Assembly: GCF_036321535.1 (NCBI RefSeq)
Contig: NC_087438.1
Location: 7,380,001-7,444,000 of the forward strand
DNA length: 64,000 nucleotides
DNA from: Camelus dromedarius
Taxonomy: Eukaryota
Direction: 5' to 3'
This document shows, one piece after another, positions 12,455 to 26,985 of this stretch. A model generated the notes under the pieces. It ran no database searches, was not told the origin of the DNA, and was given only the letters and a program-made list of their open reading frames with translations. The first letter of the stretch is position 1, and every line of letters starts with the position of its first letter. Both the position numbers and the translations under genes were made by a program.

Positions 12455-13255
12455 TACATTTACATACAGCGTTTAAGAAAAGAGCTGCAGGAGATTTGGT
12501 GCCATTTTCCATTTTGAGTTACAGTCATTTCACAAAGGCAGCATAAGTGCGTGAAGGATCCGGGGACAGAATCAGGACTAATGAGATACTATCTGCAGAA
12601 CACTGAGCTCCCTGGAGCTACTGAAAGGCAAGCTGTAGGTATCATCATCATGAGAGAAAAAACAAGCTTTGAAAACTTTGGCAGGAAGGCGGATATAAGT
12701 GGAAATCAGTTCAATTACTCTCTCCTTTCAAAAGAGATAAGTTCTATAAAAGTTAAAGATAAGTGATTTTTTTTTCCTGGTACATCAAATTCTCCCTTAC
12801 TTCCTCTGTCAAACATGGTTATTCTGTGATCGATTATTTTTGGTTAGGCTCCCTATGACAGTCTATCTGAGCAGCTTTCCTTTCTCTGCTTCCAGATTTT
12901 CCAGCAAAATATTCTCAAATTTCAAAATTGACTCCCGTTTTGAGGGGGAAAAAGTATATGCTTTCCTTTAATGTCATTGGAAATTTCAAAACAAATAACA
13001 TGATAAATAAAACCCAATACATGGTAATAGTAGAAGAAAATGACATTTTTCTCTCTAAAGATACTTTTTAAAAATTGTTAGCTGATATAAAATAAGAGTT
13101 TGTATTTGTCCCCCCTGCAGGGGAGGGAAGCGAGTTCATCATGGCCCTTCCCACGTCAGTTCTGTTAGGCTGTTTTTTTCCAAAGCCCATAGTAAGGAAA
13201 AAAATCAGACACATGTGAGTGAAAAACAACATCACAATAAAAATGCTTTCTCCTT

Positions 13256-13345
13256 TATTTGTTTTTTTATTGAAGGTTCTGGAGATGGAACCCAGGACCC
13301 CATGCATGCTAAGCACGCGCTCTCCGGCTGAGCTAACTCGCCCCC
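13256..13345 (-). mobile_element. vic-1-like tRNA-Ala SINE
   Basis: Reverse-complement tRNA-Ala body; TSD CTTTCTCCTT at 13246-13255 and 13348-13357. Confidence 0.88.
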
Positions 13346-16300
13346 ACCTTTCTCCTTGTTTTAAGGAGAGGAATTTTCCTTCCAAATCTTCAAAGTCATC
13401 ATATTAATGAAGATTCATGATTAACAGGGATGATTGGCTCTCATTCCTTTTGGGCCACCTTCGACCCAAATTGTGTTTTTTTGTTTTCGTTTTTTCTTTT
13501 AAAACCTTACAAGAGGCTCCAAAAATTGGCCAACACATTCCAGAACATTGCCTGTCAGGTTCCCCAAAACTATCTTGGTGGACACATGGCCTATTTCCCA
13601 AGATGTAATTGGAGGCAGTTTAACCATTTTGCAAACGTCTAGCAAGAGATGCCAGTTTCCAAACTGGGTTAAAGTCAACATTACTCTTCTCTCTCTGGGC
13701 AGTTCAGCGTCTTAGGGTTTCTTGACTTACCATGACTTCCTCTCCGCAAGAAATTCAGATTTGGCAAATATTTCTTATGTGGCAAGTAGTTCAAAATTCA
13801 ACTTAAGTGACAAAGAGGATTCTGTGGCTCCCATGGTGAAGTTCGGAGGTGGGCAGAGTTCCCAGAAGGCTGACGTGATGACTCAGTTGTGTGATGTGCA
13901 AGCCCAGCTATCCTCCTCTTGTAGAGATGGTTTTATCCTGAGACCTGTTTCCCTTGTGGGCCTGTAGAAGTCACAGCCATCTACTTCGTCCTTCACGTCC
14001 AGCAGGTGGGTTTGTCTGCAAATCCTCATGAAATCGGAAGGCCACTTGATAGGAGAGATTCTATTAGATAATCATTGATGGACTTATGATGTGACCAGGA
14101 TGCTGTGCTGAGCTCATGGGCAGAAGTCAACCATAGCCCAACTCAGGCAACTCAAAATGGTATCCCCACCCCCAACACTGGGCTTCCCTAGGGCAGAGGG
14201 TGTGCACCCAAATGAAATCTGCTTACCCTAGGGAAGGGCGAAGGTCAACAGCTGCTCTCAGCCAGCCCCGTACAAGGACCTCTGTTGTCATTTTCTGGAA
14301 GTTACCTTTGGCAAAAGGTGGAACTTCAAAATTTCTTCCTGGGGATGTTTTTCCAGCTCAGATGAAATTTTAGGAGAAAGGGAATTTCTTGATAAGCTCT
14401 GAAATGAGATTTTTCAGCCATGACATCTAGAAAATAGTTCTAGAATTCAAGCTATACACACAGAAAATACACATTTATTTTTTCTATGAAATACTTCTCA
14501 AAAACCTTGTCTTTGAAAGTTTTAGATTGAAAAAAAAATGTGTAAAAAGACAGTTTTAGCAATGATTCTCAGCACTCATGACTCAGTTTGGGCTCTAAGT
14601 GTTTTAATAAGAGGAAGTTTATGTTCCAACTTTCAAGTGTAGCTGTTGTATATGACAAGATTTGCTGAAAGACCATTTTCAGAACTTTACAGCTGTATGT
14701 TTTCACCCTAGGATTCCAAAAATAGGACACCTGTCCCTTCCAGCAGGTAAAAAATGTTTATTTCCTTTTGCCACGCGCCAAACCTCTGTGGAGAACTTTC
14801 TGATTGGCAGTCAGATCTTCATACCGAGCAAAGAGAATCATCTGAGGGTTGATGTAAAGCCTTTCATGTAAACTGATTACCATTAGTTGAGGCTTTCTTA
14901 GCAATTCTGGGGCAGTGTTTTGAAACATAACTCTGATGATGCAGAATACAGCACTTTCCAGAAATGAGCGTTTTCCTTTGGTTTTTCACTCACTACCTGC
15001 AAAGCCCAGCACTTTGGGAGCACCATCAAGGCAGAACCCCATTAGTGCTTTTTTTTCTATTTGACTAATTTACTTTGAAGAATTTTCACATGGCCTCAAA
15101 ACCATCATCAGCTTTCATGATAGTCTCTAAGACCTGAGAAAACCACATTTCTTTTCCAACAGTATCTTGAGTCATTGTGCCTAACCAAATTATTAAGCCC
15201 AATTTCTTCGATTGGTTTATTCATCACAAGTAATAGGGAAAAGGGGCATTAAATCGATCTTTTGCAAAACTTGAAGTTTGATGTCCTAAGCTAATTCAGC
15301 TAATGATTATCTGATTGAAAATTTGGACTAGCTGAAACAGTCATCTGAATTTTTTTCTTAGATTCTTCTCCAAAGGAAACTTGGGCAGCTGTCAGCATGC
15401 AAATTTTCACAAGTGCTTCTTCACCATGAAAGGTTGGCTTCTGCTGTTATTGTTGTTTTAATCTTAGTGATGGAAAAAGCTGAATCATACAAAACCTTCA
15501 GCACTTTGTAGATGCCTGATATTACATTCTACTTCTGTCCGATCTTACGCAGCCGAAAATTCTCCTTTGCAGGAAAAACAAATGTATAAACATAAATGTC
15601 CTCTTAAAATATTTTGACTAAAATAGCATTTAAATCAAGCATTTCTGGAACTCCAACATTCTGGGGAAAAAATACTCAATCCTTTTGCTTGAATCCCTAT
15701 ATGACAAGAAACATTGCCGAAAGGTTTTGATGCCATCTTCAACTACCCGAAGAAAAAAGAAGAGTAAGCAAAAATGAAAGGTTTTGACGTAAACACCTGG
15801 TCCCACAGCTGTGGAGGGGTGAGGGGTGTGGTCCAGACACCCAGGCATGTCTAAACGTGGGAATGCTGAGACACCCAGTGTTTCTGAGCACTGGGTCCTT
15901 TCATGGCACCATGGCAAGATTTAAATAATTTTTCTGGACAATAGTCTAAAGTTGTCCCCACAAGGTCAAGGACAACCACTAACTTACACAAACAGAGGAC
16001 TGTCCCAGAATCTATTTTTATAATTTATTACAGTATCTATAAAATCCAATGGTATTTTTCAAATATATGCACACTTGTATTTAAAGAGCAAGCGCATATA
16101 CTGTGCAGTAGAAAGCAGCAGAACAAATTGGATTTTACAATATAACACGTTGTGTTCACACATGAGTTTCCTCTAAAGCCTTTCTTGCTTCACTGCCTGC
16201 CTATCCGCACCCCTCAGGAGACTTATTTATTCTCTGTAGTTTGTACTATAAAATAAACATGATTTTAATTTTCCAAATATAACATTAGACTAAGATAATA

Positions 16301-16508
16301 TGTCTCACCAAATTTCACACCCCTGCCATCCATGTTCTGACGTTCCTCCCTCCATGCCCACCAAATACTTACAAAGAAAGAATACTTAACATGGAATGAG
16401 CCAGCAATGAATCTGAGAGAAGCAAGAATTATTTTGTGATTCTCAACTACTCTGATTTTCTTAAATGGATGAAAAACAAAAATATTAAAATAGGCAGCCC
16501 TCAGCTTA

Positions 16509-17483
16509 ATTTCCAGAATATACAAACAGCTCATACCACTCAATAACAAAAAAACAAACAACCCAACCAAGAAATGGACAGAAGACCTAAACAGACATTT
16601 CTCCAATGGAGACTTACAAATGGGTAATAGGCATGTGAAAAGATGCTCAACATTGCTACTATCAGAGAAATGCAAATCAAAACTACAACAGGTATCCCCT
16701 CACACCAGTCAGGATGGCCATCATTCAAAAGTCCACAAGCAATAAGTGCTGGGGAGGGGGTGGTGGGAATGTAATTTGGTGCAGCCGTTATGGAAAACAG
16801 TATGGAGATTCCTCAAAAAACTAAAAACAGACTTACCCTATGATCCAACAATCCAACTCCTGGGCATATATTTGGAGAAAACTTTAATTCAAAAAGATAC
16901 CTGCACCCCAATGTTCACAACAGCACTGTTTATGATAGCCAAGACATGGAAGTAACCTAAATGTCCATTGACAGATGACTGGATAAAGAAGGTGCAGTAC
17001 ATTTACACAATGAAATGCTATTCAGCCATAAGAATAATAAAATAATGTCACTTGCAGCAACATGGAGGGACCCAGAGATTATCATACTAAATAAATAAAG
17101 TCAGAAAGAGAAAGACAAATACTACATGATGTTGCTTATATGTGAAATCTAAAAAAAAAAACGACACAGGTAACTTATTTACAAACTAGAAGTAGACTCA
17201 TAGACACAGACAAGAAACTTATGGTTACCAAAGGGGAAAGGTTGGGGGGGAGAGATAAATTAGGAGTTTGGGATTTGTAGATGCAAACTCCTGTATATAA
17301 AATAGATAAACAACAAAGTCCTACTGTATAGCACAGGGAACTGCATTCAATATTTTGTCATAACCTATAATAAAAAGCATATGAAAAAGAATACATATAT
17401 GTGTAACTGAATCACTGTGCTGTACACCAGAACTAACACAACATTGTGAATCAACTATACTTCAACTAAAAAAAGAGCTAGAA
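16509..17483 (+). mobile_element. 5'-truncated L1, about 1 kb (degenerate ORF2 C-terminus plus 3' UTR)
   Basis: ORF 16746-16955 (WWECNLVQPLWKTVWRFLKKLKTDLPYDP..LLGIY) is the L1 ORF2 C-terminus; perfect 23-bp flanking repeat TAAAATAGGCAGCCCTCAGCTTA at 16486-16508 and 17484-17506; TT/AAAA endonuclease site. Confidence 0.95.
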
Positions 17484-17727
17484 TAAAATAGGCAGCCCTC
17501 AGCTTATGAACCAAGATTTGCATTGAAATGCTATTTGTCAGTCGTATTTTGGGGCATGTAGAATCATGTCTCCATCAAACAAAATGTCATAAATGGTGCC
17601 TCACCAATGTCCTATGTACATGTAAATTGAATTATAGTAATGTCTGCAAACAGCACAGCCTTCCAGGTCATCCGATTCTAGTCTTTCATTGTGCTTGAGC
17701 TGTTTTCCATCTCAGTAGGTTGCAGGT

Positions 17728-18178
17728 AGCATGCTATTTTTTTAGGGCTGCCTAAACAAAGTGCCACAAACAAAGTGGCTTAGAACAGAAGTGGATTGTT
17801 TCCCAGTGCTGGAGGTTGGAAGTCTGAAATCCAGGGCTCAGCAGGCTCACGCTCTCTCTGGAGGCTCTAGGAGAAGCCCCTTCCCCACCTCTTCTAGTAT
17901 CTCATTCCAGCTGCCAACAACGCTTGGTGCTCTTTGGTTCACAGACGCATCACCAGTCTCGGCTCCTGTCTTCTCAGGACTTCTGGCTGTGCATGTGTGT
18001 CCAAACTTCTGTCTTCTTATGAGGACACCAGTCCAATGGGATTTGGGGCCCACTATAATCCAGGATGACCTCATCTTAACTTGATTCCATCTGCAAAGAT
18101 CTTATTTCCAAATAAGGTCCCATTCACAGGTTCTGGGAGGACGTGAATTTTTGGTGGGCAGTGTTCAACCTGGTAGAG
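17728..18178 (-). mobile_element. MaLR solo LTR (MLT1C-like)
   Basis: AGGGCTGCC..AACAAAGTGCCACAAAC...CAGGATGACCTCATCTTAACTTGATT..ATCTGCAAAGA..TTATTTCCAAATAAGGTC. Confidence 0.85.
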
Positions 18179-19834
18179 TAACTAATAGCGATGCAAACGA
18201 TTCTTGTTTACAGACATGCAAATTCTGTCCTGTTCAGAAGAGGCTCAATTACCTTCTCTCCACACTTGGAACAGCCAGGGTTGCCTTCATTTGCATATTC
18301 ATGTCAGTATCCTTGCTCTATAGGTGGGTCTGCTCTTGAGAATCTCTTTGAAACAGTTTGAATCATGTGCCTGATTCCTTCATTTGCTGAGTAAAACCTT
18401 TAACAAGCATTCATATTTATATGTATGTGAGAGTCATGGTTTTATTTTATTTCTTTTTAAATGACTTTTTAACAGTGAAAGAAGGAGGGAAGAGAAAGCA
18501 CGAGGGCAATGCCTTCCCCTGGCCTGGGCCCTGGGCTAGCCCTGAGCCAACCCCAACAGCTCCAGCAAGTCAAGGCTGCCTTGAGCCCCCTCTGTCTTCC
18601 ACTCAGTACCTGCTCCCGCCTCCCAGGAGATGTCGCCCCAGGTTCTCTGTCCTGCATCCCAAATGGTTGGAGCCTTCACCTCGAGCCTGAGCACCCGATA
18701 CCAACGCTTTCTCCTGAATCCAACCCACCTCTCCCCACCCAAAGGCCCACCATCCTCAGTGGCTCCCATGTGACTTGCTGCTGGGAGTAACTGACCCCCA
18801 TCCCACCCCTGCCACTCTCACCGTTTGAAAAGACAGTGCTTGCTGATCTAGCTCCATCATTATTCAGCCAGATTTCATATACATTTATTTTTATTCCTAA
18901 ATTGCTTATTTAGGGGGAAATGGGCAGTTTGTTGGTTTAGAAATTTTCTTATTTATACGTTTTTCTATTTACCTTCTTTGGTAGGTGATTTGGTCCACAT
19001 GTATTGAGGGTTCAAGTTGGAGAAGTGGATTTTGGGTTTGGAAGTTTTCAAGGATGTAAATACTCACTTGAGCACAGGGGATACCCGTGGTTGTACTTTG
19101 GGTGGCTTCTCCATCTTCAGGGTTGGGAAGCAGCCCCTCTGGCAGGAAAGATTAGGCCTGTCCCAGGAAGGGATCGGCAGGGGGCGGAGGAAGTTTCAAC
19201 TTGCCCCATTCAAAGCCAAGAGGAGGTACTCAGTGGGGCTTCCACGTTCCACAGAGGGAGCGAGCTGACAACTCCGCATCAGCCTGTGGTTGCAGAAGTC
19301 TGTCAGGTTCTGGAAGCTTTTCCATGCATTTCTGTGCTTCTGTCATGCGCCTCAAGGAGGGAAGGCAGGCAGATTGGAGGTGACCGTGCCCCCCCACTGC
19401 ACTGCTGAGTCAGGTGTGGCAGGGCTACTGGTGGTTATGTTAAAGGGGAACCTGCTTAAAGAAGGTGACATTGTGCCACAGCTGCTGGGAGGCTGGGCAG
19501 TGGCCATGGGCTCCCTGGACATGGCCCAAGATGGGTCCACCTCGGTTCTGTGGCACCTTATGGCATTGGAGGCTTGGAGAGGACCTTCCTGCTAAATCTC
19601 TTCGCCATCTTTCACTGCTTCAACATTTAATCTTCCCAAATTGTCCTTGGGTCTTAGGTGGCTGGTCCTCTGGCCAAGCTCCCCTCTCCTGCTCCAGTCT
19701 CTTCTTCTGGAATCTGGTGTGACTGGAGGCTATTTGGAGCAGAGAAGGACCACAACTCATCCTTCAGGGCAGTTAAATTGAAGGAATGATGTGCCCATGT
19801 CCTAAAGAACAGCACTCATGCCGATACTGGCACA

Positions 19835-19985
19835 TGTAATGCTTCTGCAGCGCCAGGCGCTGTCTTAAGCATTTTCCATAAATTAGCTCATTTAATCCTC
19901 ATTCACAAAACTGTGAAGAAGGCGCTATTACTAGTCCCATCTTTACAGACAGAGAAACTGAAGCATAAGGAGGTTAAACAGTAGC
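19835..19985 (-). mobile_element. MIR fragment
   Basis: CTCATTTAATCCTCA...CCCATCTTTACAGACAGAGAAACTGAAGCAT. Confidence 0.75.
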
Positions 19986-20749
19986 TGAAAGATTATCTAC
20001 TTGTCAAGGGAAGCTCACTGCTCCCTCAGCTGGGGTCAGGGCTGGGGTTCATAACATCCCCCCAACAAGGCTGATCTCCAAGAACAGTGTTTATTTCTGG
20101 CTAGCATGTTGGGGATGGGGAGCTACAGAGCACACTCTTCAATCTTCAGTGTCATTCTTCGGGTTAAAATGTGCAGCAATAGGTTAGCAGGACACGGAAC
20201 GAGCGTCCCTCTGTGGGTGACGCGGCCATGGGGAACTTGGGGTAAACAATGATATGAGTAATGGTTAAGGTTCTGAGCCAAAGAGAAATGCCTGAACCAT
20301 GAGTGGTACTAGAAACAGTTCTGAATTCCAGATCTCAAGAAGGTCTGGAGCTGAGATAGTCCCTCTTCACACCATGGAGGAGGGTGGAATTCCACTCTCA
20401 GCGGGAAGTCAGGGAGGGGGTGGGCTCCACTCCAGAGGGTTCCCAGGAAGCCTCTGTAGGGTCACAGCCTCCAGCTACAGGGATTAAAGGAATCTCTGGG
20501 GCGGGGAGCGAGCTGGGGCTCTGGGCTGACCCTTCCTTTCACAAGCTTTACCGAGCGCGATTAGTAAGAGTAGCTGACACTGATGCAGTGCCTACTCAGT
20601 TACGGTTTCCATGCTGAACCCTTCTCCTGTATTGTTTTTCTCAACCTGCTCTTGCAACCTTATAAGGCAGGTGTTACTATCCCTTTAGAGGGATATTTAG
20701 CCCCATACAGATTAAATAACTTGCCCAAGCCAAAAAGAGCTGAGCTTTT

Positions 20750-21172
20750 AGAAAATCTATTGAGGTATAGTATACATTCAGAAAAATTCCAAGTGTATGG
20801 ATTGATGAATGATCTCAAAGTGAACCCATCTATGCGACCAACTCTCAGGGTAATAGATAAGACATGACATTCTAAGTGCCCCCAAACACCTGCCTGTCCC
20901 CATCCCAGCCACTGCCCTCCTCTTCCACAAAGGTCAACACTATCCACGTTTCCAACAACAGAGATTAGTTATGCCTGATTTTCAACTTCCTATAAATGGA
21001 ATCATATGGCCCATGCTCTTTTGTGTGTGGCTTCTTTTGGCCAGCATCATGTCTGTGACATTCGTCCACATTGTTGAGAGTAGCATAGTTCATCCATTTT
21101 CACTGCAGTGTAGTGTTCCACTATATGGATGTACCACAACTCACTTATTCAATCTCCTGTTGCTGACCATTT
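20750..21172 (-). mobile_element. Old L1 3' fragment (L1ME-like)
   Basis: TATTGAGGTATAGTATACA...TATAAATGGAATCATA...TTTTGTGTGTGGCTTCTTT...TTCGTCCACATTGTTG. Confidence 0.7.
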
Positions 21173-21649
21173 GTTTTCTCTTCTTCTTCTGGTTCTTGTT
21201 TTGTTCCCATTCTCCTTCTCCTCCTCCTCCTCCTCCTCTTTCCCATGATGTAGGGAGTTTCTGTGAAAGCTTAACTAGGGTCCCTGTGTACGGGGAAAGC
21301 TGGCAATAAGATGAGATTCCCCAAGGAGGATGGTCACAGAGTGAAGAGCCTGTGAACCACTGACATTGGAGGGTCAGGTTGCCTGCTAAGACCAAGTGGG
21401 GTGGGAGGGGGAGAAAGTGGTGAAGGTCTAAAATGGCAAGAACCAAGAATGCCCACCCCCCTCCCCCCAACCTCAGTGTAGAGAGCACACTCACATTTGC
21501 AGGACCTCTGGTGGGCGGGACTCAACAGCCTGGGTGATGGTCACAGAAGGGAGGTGGTAGGCATGATCCCAGGGGAGGGGTTATCTGGATGGTGGAAGGT
21601 TAAGCATAAGATCTGGAGGCAGAGTCTGATAAGAGAAGAATTTAAGTGA

Positions 21650-21763
<114 letters not shown>

Positions 21764-24077
21764 TAAGAAGGGGGCGACCACGCAATCCACCTGAGCAAGA
21801 TGGGGGTCCTGAACCTGGCACAGTGGAGTGCCACTTGGACAGCACATCCTGGGAGACGTGATGACAAGAGCTAAGCCTCAGGCTGGCTTCCCGTAGCCAC
21901 GAGGGTGACTTCCTGGTCACCAAGGCAGTGCATGCGTGTTGAGGTTACCTTAACCTTTTCTATAAGCTATACCAAAACATCTACTTAAATTCTTTCCTTA
22001 TACCAGCCCTTCAAATAAAGGAGTTGGGTACTCACTCCACTCCCAAATAAATTTGAGAAATATATCGAGGTCCTGCTCTCTTTGTGACATTGTTTGACTC
22101 TTCCAATCCGAGTCAGCTGCAGCCCCAGTGGTTGGTAGCTGTCAGGGGACACTGGCTACGTAGGTCGTGGGCACATCGGCAGGTGCAGGTATCTTATCAT
22201 CAGAATCATGACAAGCTTTTCAGAGCAGACCCAGGCTGGATTGCTGCTCTACCCCTCCTATTCCATCAACACTTAATAAATTCTGTCAAGGAAGGTGTTT
22301 GTGAGGGGTGGGAGGGGAAGAGTTCTGTGCTAATAAAGGAAGAAACCAGAAGCCAGGTCTCAAAGGGGAGCTGCTCCCCAAAGCATCCTTGCAGACTGGT
22401 GAGGGGGACTCAGGAGCCAACTGTTGCCACCAGGAACATGGGCATGACTCACTAGAGGGGAGGACCTGTAATGAAATGTGCATTTTGAGAGCCTGATTGT
22501 GCATCTGCTTCCTTCAGGAAAACAGTTGACTGGATAACTCCAGAGCAGGAGAGGGAAGAATAGAACTATGGGAGTTTCGTCATCATAAACTGGGGATATT
22601 TTTTGGCCAGGAATAAAATGCCAAAATGTTCTGGTGAATTCTTGAGAGAATCAATGCCAGAGGCTATTCAGGTATTTAAGTGCAAAAATGTGCCAATAAA
22701 GAGTCGTAACTGTCAGCTCCACCACAGTTAATGTTGTAAGGGGTGGATGTAATTACTACAAACTTTGTGCTGGGTTGTTTGGTCTTTGGAACAGATGAGC
22801 TAATCACTTCCATGCTGAACAGGATGGGTTGTTTTTTTTCAGGTTTAGGATCACGAGGAAGCTGGGATTGCTCAGCCATCTCTTCCATTTATTCATTTGG
22901 GAATGTTTCTTGAGCATCGTCTGGGCAGCTTGCTGTCTTTGGATACAGCTGAACCTGTGTCTGTTCTTGAAAATCACAATGTGGATCACAAGCCTTCAGC
23001 CTTGCCCTCTGCAGTCCCTCGTGGGCAGAACTCCCACCTCCTTCCTCTTCCTGGAGCCTCAGGAAGGCCAGGGGACATGGAATACGGTGGTGGGCGGCTC
23101 TTCCCAACTCTGCACTGGACAGCCCGGTGGCTACAATGCGGGTGGCCACAGTGAGTCCAAACGATGCATCTGTGTCGCTGTTCAGACAGAGTACGGGGTT
23201 GGTGCTGATGTTAAATTTGGGTCAAGCTGGAAATGTCCACTGAATTCAAAAGAAAAGAAGCCCCTGCCAGACCCTCAGAAAACTAGGGGAAGAGGGAGAA
23301 GCAGATGACAGCGATTCAAAGAGTAACAGGGAGAACGGGGATGGGAGCCATTGTCTTCTTACTTTATAGACTCAAGATGAGAGGAGGGCGGTTTCCAAAA
23401 AGCACGTTATTACTTTTGCAATTTTAAATGAACAATTAGTTTTTAATGAGTATATAAAAGATGAAAAGTAGAGCTTGTGGAAGGAGATGTTTCTTGCAGA
23501 AGTTTCGGCTGTGAAGGTGAGGCGGGGCTGCGGGGAGGTGGAGAAGGGTGGAGGGGAAAGCAGATCTGGTTTAAGATGCAGCACTGAATCGGGCTGTGGA
23601 TGGCAGAGCACGCTTGTCACGTGATGACACGAGCACCCCGGGGGATAGTATCCAGAGTCCCCAGGGAGGAGGAATCCAGGTTTAGCTGTAGGGAAGGGGC
23701 CCTCTTCCCCTGGAGACGAAGTGAGAAAGGTCAGGGATGCAAGTGAATCTCAGCTGGCAGAGAGGGGGTCCTGGGCACACCCTCTGGAGGAGACTGGTCC
23801 CATTTCTCTGTAGAGCGGGAGGTGAAGGCTTTTGAGGAGGGCGGTGGGTTAGGTTTGAGGGGAGTGGGGGAATTTGAGGCCACTGTGGAGACTGGAAGAT
23901 GGACAGGGTGGCAGGTCCAGCACCCTGGGGAGCCCGCATTGCTGAGCCGGGCTTGGGACAGGGAGAGGTTGAGGCTCCCAGCTCCTGGGGCTGGTAGGAC
24001 AGGGATTACAGCATACCCCCCAGAGGGGGACCGAGATGAGGACAGGAGGCAGGGATGGATAGGGACCCTATTACTTG

Positions 24078-24301
24078 CATAGCTCACTCCCCTTCTTCCT
24101 TTAGCTCTTAGTTCAAAGGCCCCTTCCTCAGCTGGACGGTGTCAGCCCTCTCAACTAAAACTGTAACCCCTGCATCCTTTCCATTTCCTTTCCCTGCTTA
24201 ATTTTTTTCTTGGCACGTAATACTATTTCACATGCTATGCATTACATGTGTGTTGTTCAGTATGTATCTCCCCAGCAGAATGGAAGCACTCCAAGGGCAG
24301 G
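24078..24301 (+). mobile_element. L2 fragment interrupted by an MLT1 LTR
   Basis: GCTCACTCCCCTTCTTCCTTTAG...TCTCCCCAGCAGAATGGAAGCACTCCAAGGGCAGG resembles the L2 3' region. Confidence 0.6.
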
Positions 24302-24715
24302 GGTTACAGGTTGAAATGTGGACCCCTAAAATTCATATGTTGAAGTCCTAACCCCCAGTACCTCATAATGTCACTTTATTTAAAAGTAGGGTTGTGGCAG
24401 ATGTAATTAGTTATGATGAGGTCATTAGGATGGGCTCTTATCCAGTATGACTGATGTCCTTAAAAAGAGGGGAGATTTGCATACAGAGACGGACATACAC
24501 ATGGAGGCAGAAATGGGGTGATGGCGCAGCAAGCCTCCAGGAGCCTGGGGAGCGCGTGGACCAGATTCTCTCTCTCACAGCCTCAGAAGAAGCTGACCCT
24601 TCTGACACCTTGATCTCAGGCTTCTAGCCTCCAGAACTGGGAGAGAATAAATCTCTAGTGTTGAAGCCACCCACTTTGTGATGTTTTGTTACAAAAGTAC
24701 TAGTAAGCTAATGTG
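24302..24715 (+). mobile_element. MaLR solo LTR (MLT1B-like)
   Basis: AAAATTCATATGTTGAAGTCCTAACCCCCAGTACCTCA...CTTCTAGCCTCCAGAACTG; 5-bp TSD GCAGG at 24297-24301 and 24716-24720. Confidence 0.88.
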
Positions 24716-26891
24716 GCAGGGAATTAACTTTCACTTCATTTTTAGAATATCTGCCCCGTGATTCTCCCAGCATGCACTGCATGTGCGGCTCTGGTTCTCC
24801 CTGCCCGTAGCTCTGTCCCCCGGGAGTATTTTTGACATGAAATCCACCCCGGTGAATTAGGCCAAGTGGTAGGTGTAAGCCAACCTTTACGATTCATCAT
24901 AGTAATTTAAAATTTCTGATTTAGTCTTTGCTTTGATTACTGAATTTATGCTCAGTTAGGGAAAGTGATGGGGCCACAAGCCGGACACCTTGCCCTAAGC
25001 ACATGTGAGTCCAGGCTCAGAGCTGTGTGTGTTGCTCCATCCCCCCTGTTTCACAAGAGGGATGTCTAGAAACAGCACCTGCAGCCCTGGGTGAACCCCG
25101 AGTCTCCTTGGTGCGTGGCCCCAGCAGTCTGCATATGGTGGTTACACACGGCAGGGTAATGCTCCGGCTTTATAGGGAACCAGTGATGGTCAGGAGCTGG
25201 TACAGAATCCAGACATGCTCCAGCGTCCTAGGTCTTCCTGCCTTGGATGGTGTGTTGTTGTTGTTTAATTCCTGAAGGTCCAAAGACTTGGAAGTACCGC
25301 TGGCTAAAGAAAGTTCAGAATCTTGCTCTGTGCCTGATTGGATCTAAATTCAGAAGGTCCCCGGAGACAGCTGGGGCCCGGTCCAGCAGGCCCTGCCTTT
25401 ACTTCCATTCAACAAGGATTTACTGAGCATCTACCAAAATGGTAAGACAGCTTCTTAGGTGCTGGGGATTAAAATACGCTAATAAGAAGTGGTCCTTGAA
25501 CTTGGTAAACTCTCAGGTTATAAGAAGGAAGACAGTCTTGCAAAAAGTTGTTGGAAAACAGGGTAATAAGAGCTATTTCAGGGTCATGAACAAAGGGGTG
25601 GGATGGGGAAAGTAGGGGGAGTTTGCCCTGCACCTGGGGTCAGGGGGGCCACGGTGGGTCAGGGAGAAGCCTTCTGTTGAGTAGATCTTTTAATAGCTGT
25701 TCATATCACATGAGGCTCCCTACACTGGCCTTAAAAATCCAACCACTTTTATTCAGATGAGGATCCAAGGCCTTTGCGTCCCTGGAGTAAACGTGACTTT
25801 TCTAGTTTTAGCCTTTTACTGTTACTTCCCATCAAGAGCAGGAAAAAGGCAGAAGCACTGGCTGTTAGGTGCACACATGCATGTACTCCTGCTGAATACT
25901 CAACCACAAAGGCAGAAATCCTCCCTAAAAGAGAGAGAAGTTCTTAAATGGTTGCACTGATCCAGGTGACATTGGGAGGGATCTCGCAGCTGTCAACTGA
26001 GCGGAGCTGAAGGGCTGAAGGGCCACTAATCTCTTTAATAGGGAGCTCCAGAAATACACAGGAGACTTTTCCTTGTGTTTCTAAGTGGATCAGAAGAGTA
26101 ATCTGGCCCAGCCGTTTTGTAGATGGACTTCAGGACACTCTAGGTTGTTTCTGTTTATTACAATTAACTCAGGGAAATTTGCAAAAATTCCAGACCAGAT
26201 AATTTTGGTTTGCTTAAACTGGTTTCTTGTTTTTCAATGAGTGACTAAGAGATGTCCCATCCTCCACACACGTCTGTGTCTCATGTGGGCAGCCAGAGAG
26301 CTGGAGGAGCCTGCAGCCAACTTCAGGAGGTAATGAGCTTCTCCAAACTCCATCCTTGAGGATGTTTTCTCAGAGGAAGTGGGGAAAATGGTCTCAGCCT
26401 TAACAAGCCATGCTGAGGGTCTCCTTGAGCCCCCATTTTTTCTTTGACGCCAACCCTAGGCTCTGGGCTACTTTCCTTACATTTTAACTACGGCCATCAC
26501 TCAGTCTAGATTCCAAGAAGGCAGGACCCAAGCCTGCCTGGGGTGCCCTCCTCCGCAGCCACCCAAGGCAAGCAAACAGCTCTTTTCATCCTGGTGAGCT
26601 CTATTGCCACTCACCAGGGGACAACAGGGTTAACAAAATGGATAAATATGCTCAGTTTTTTCTTCTCAATTTGCAAGCAATCTCTCTATATTCTGGCCAT
26701 CAACCACTTGTAACAGACAGCACAATGAATGTTTTTCCTATTTTTTTTCCGATTGTTTTTCTTCCCCATTGGCTTGTGTTGGTGTCGTTTTTTAAAAATG
26801 CTTTTTTCTCCCCCAGAATTAAAGCTCTTTTAGTTGCTAATAAGGAAACCAACTCTGGGAAGCTTAAAGAGCAACAACAGAGGAAACTATT

Positions 26892-26985
26892 GGGGGCAGG
26901 GGTGGGTCTAGCTCAGTGGTAGTGTGGGTAGCATGCACGAGGTCCTGGGTTCAATCCCCAGTACCTCTATTGAAAAAAAAGAAAC
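26892..26985 (+). mobile_element. vic-1-like tRNA-Ala SINE
   Basis: CTAGCTCAGTGGTAG...GCATGCACGAGGTCCTGGGTTCAATCCCCAGTACCTC plus A tail; flanking repeat AGGAAA(C/T)TATT. Confidence 0.9.

Noticed and set aside
21248..21530. Possible old LTR starting TGTAGGGAG after the L1ME fragment
   Set aside because: No confident family match, 3' terminus or TSD.
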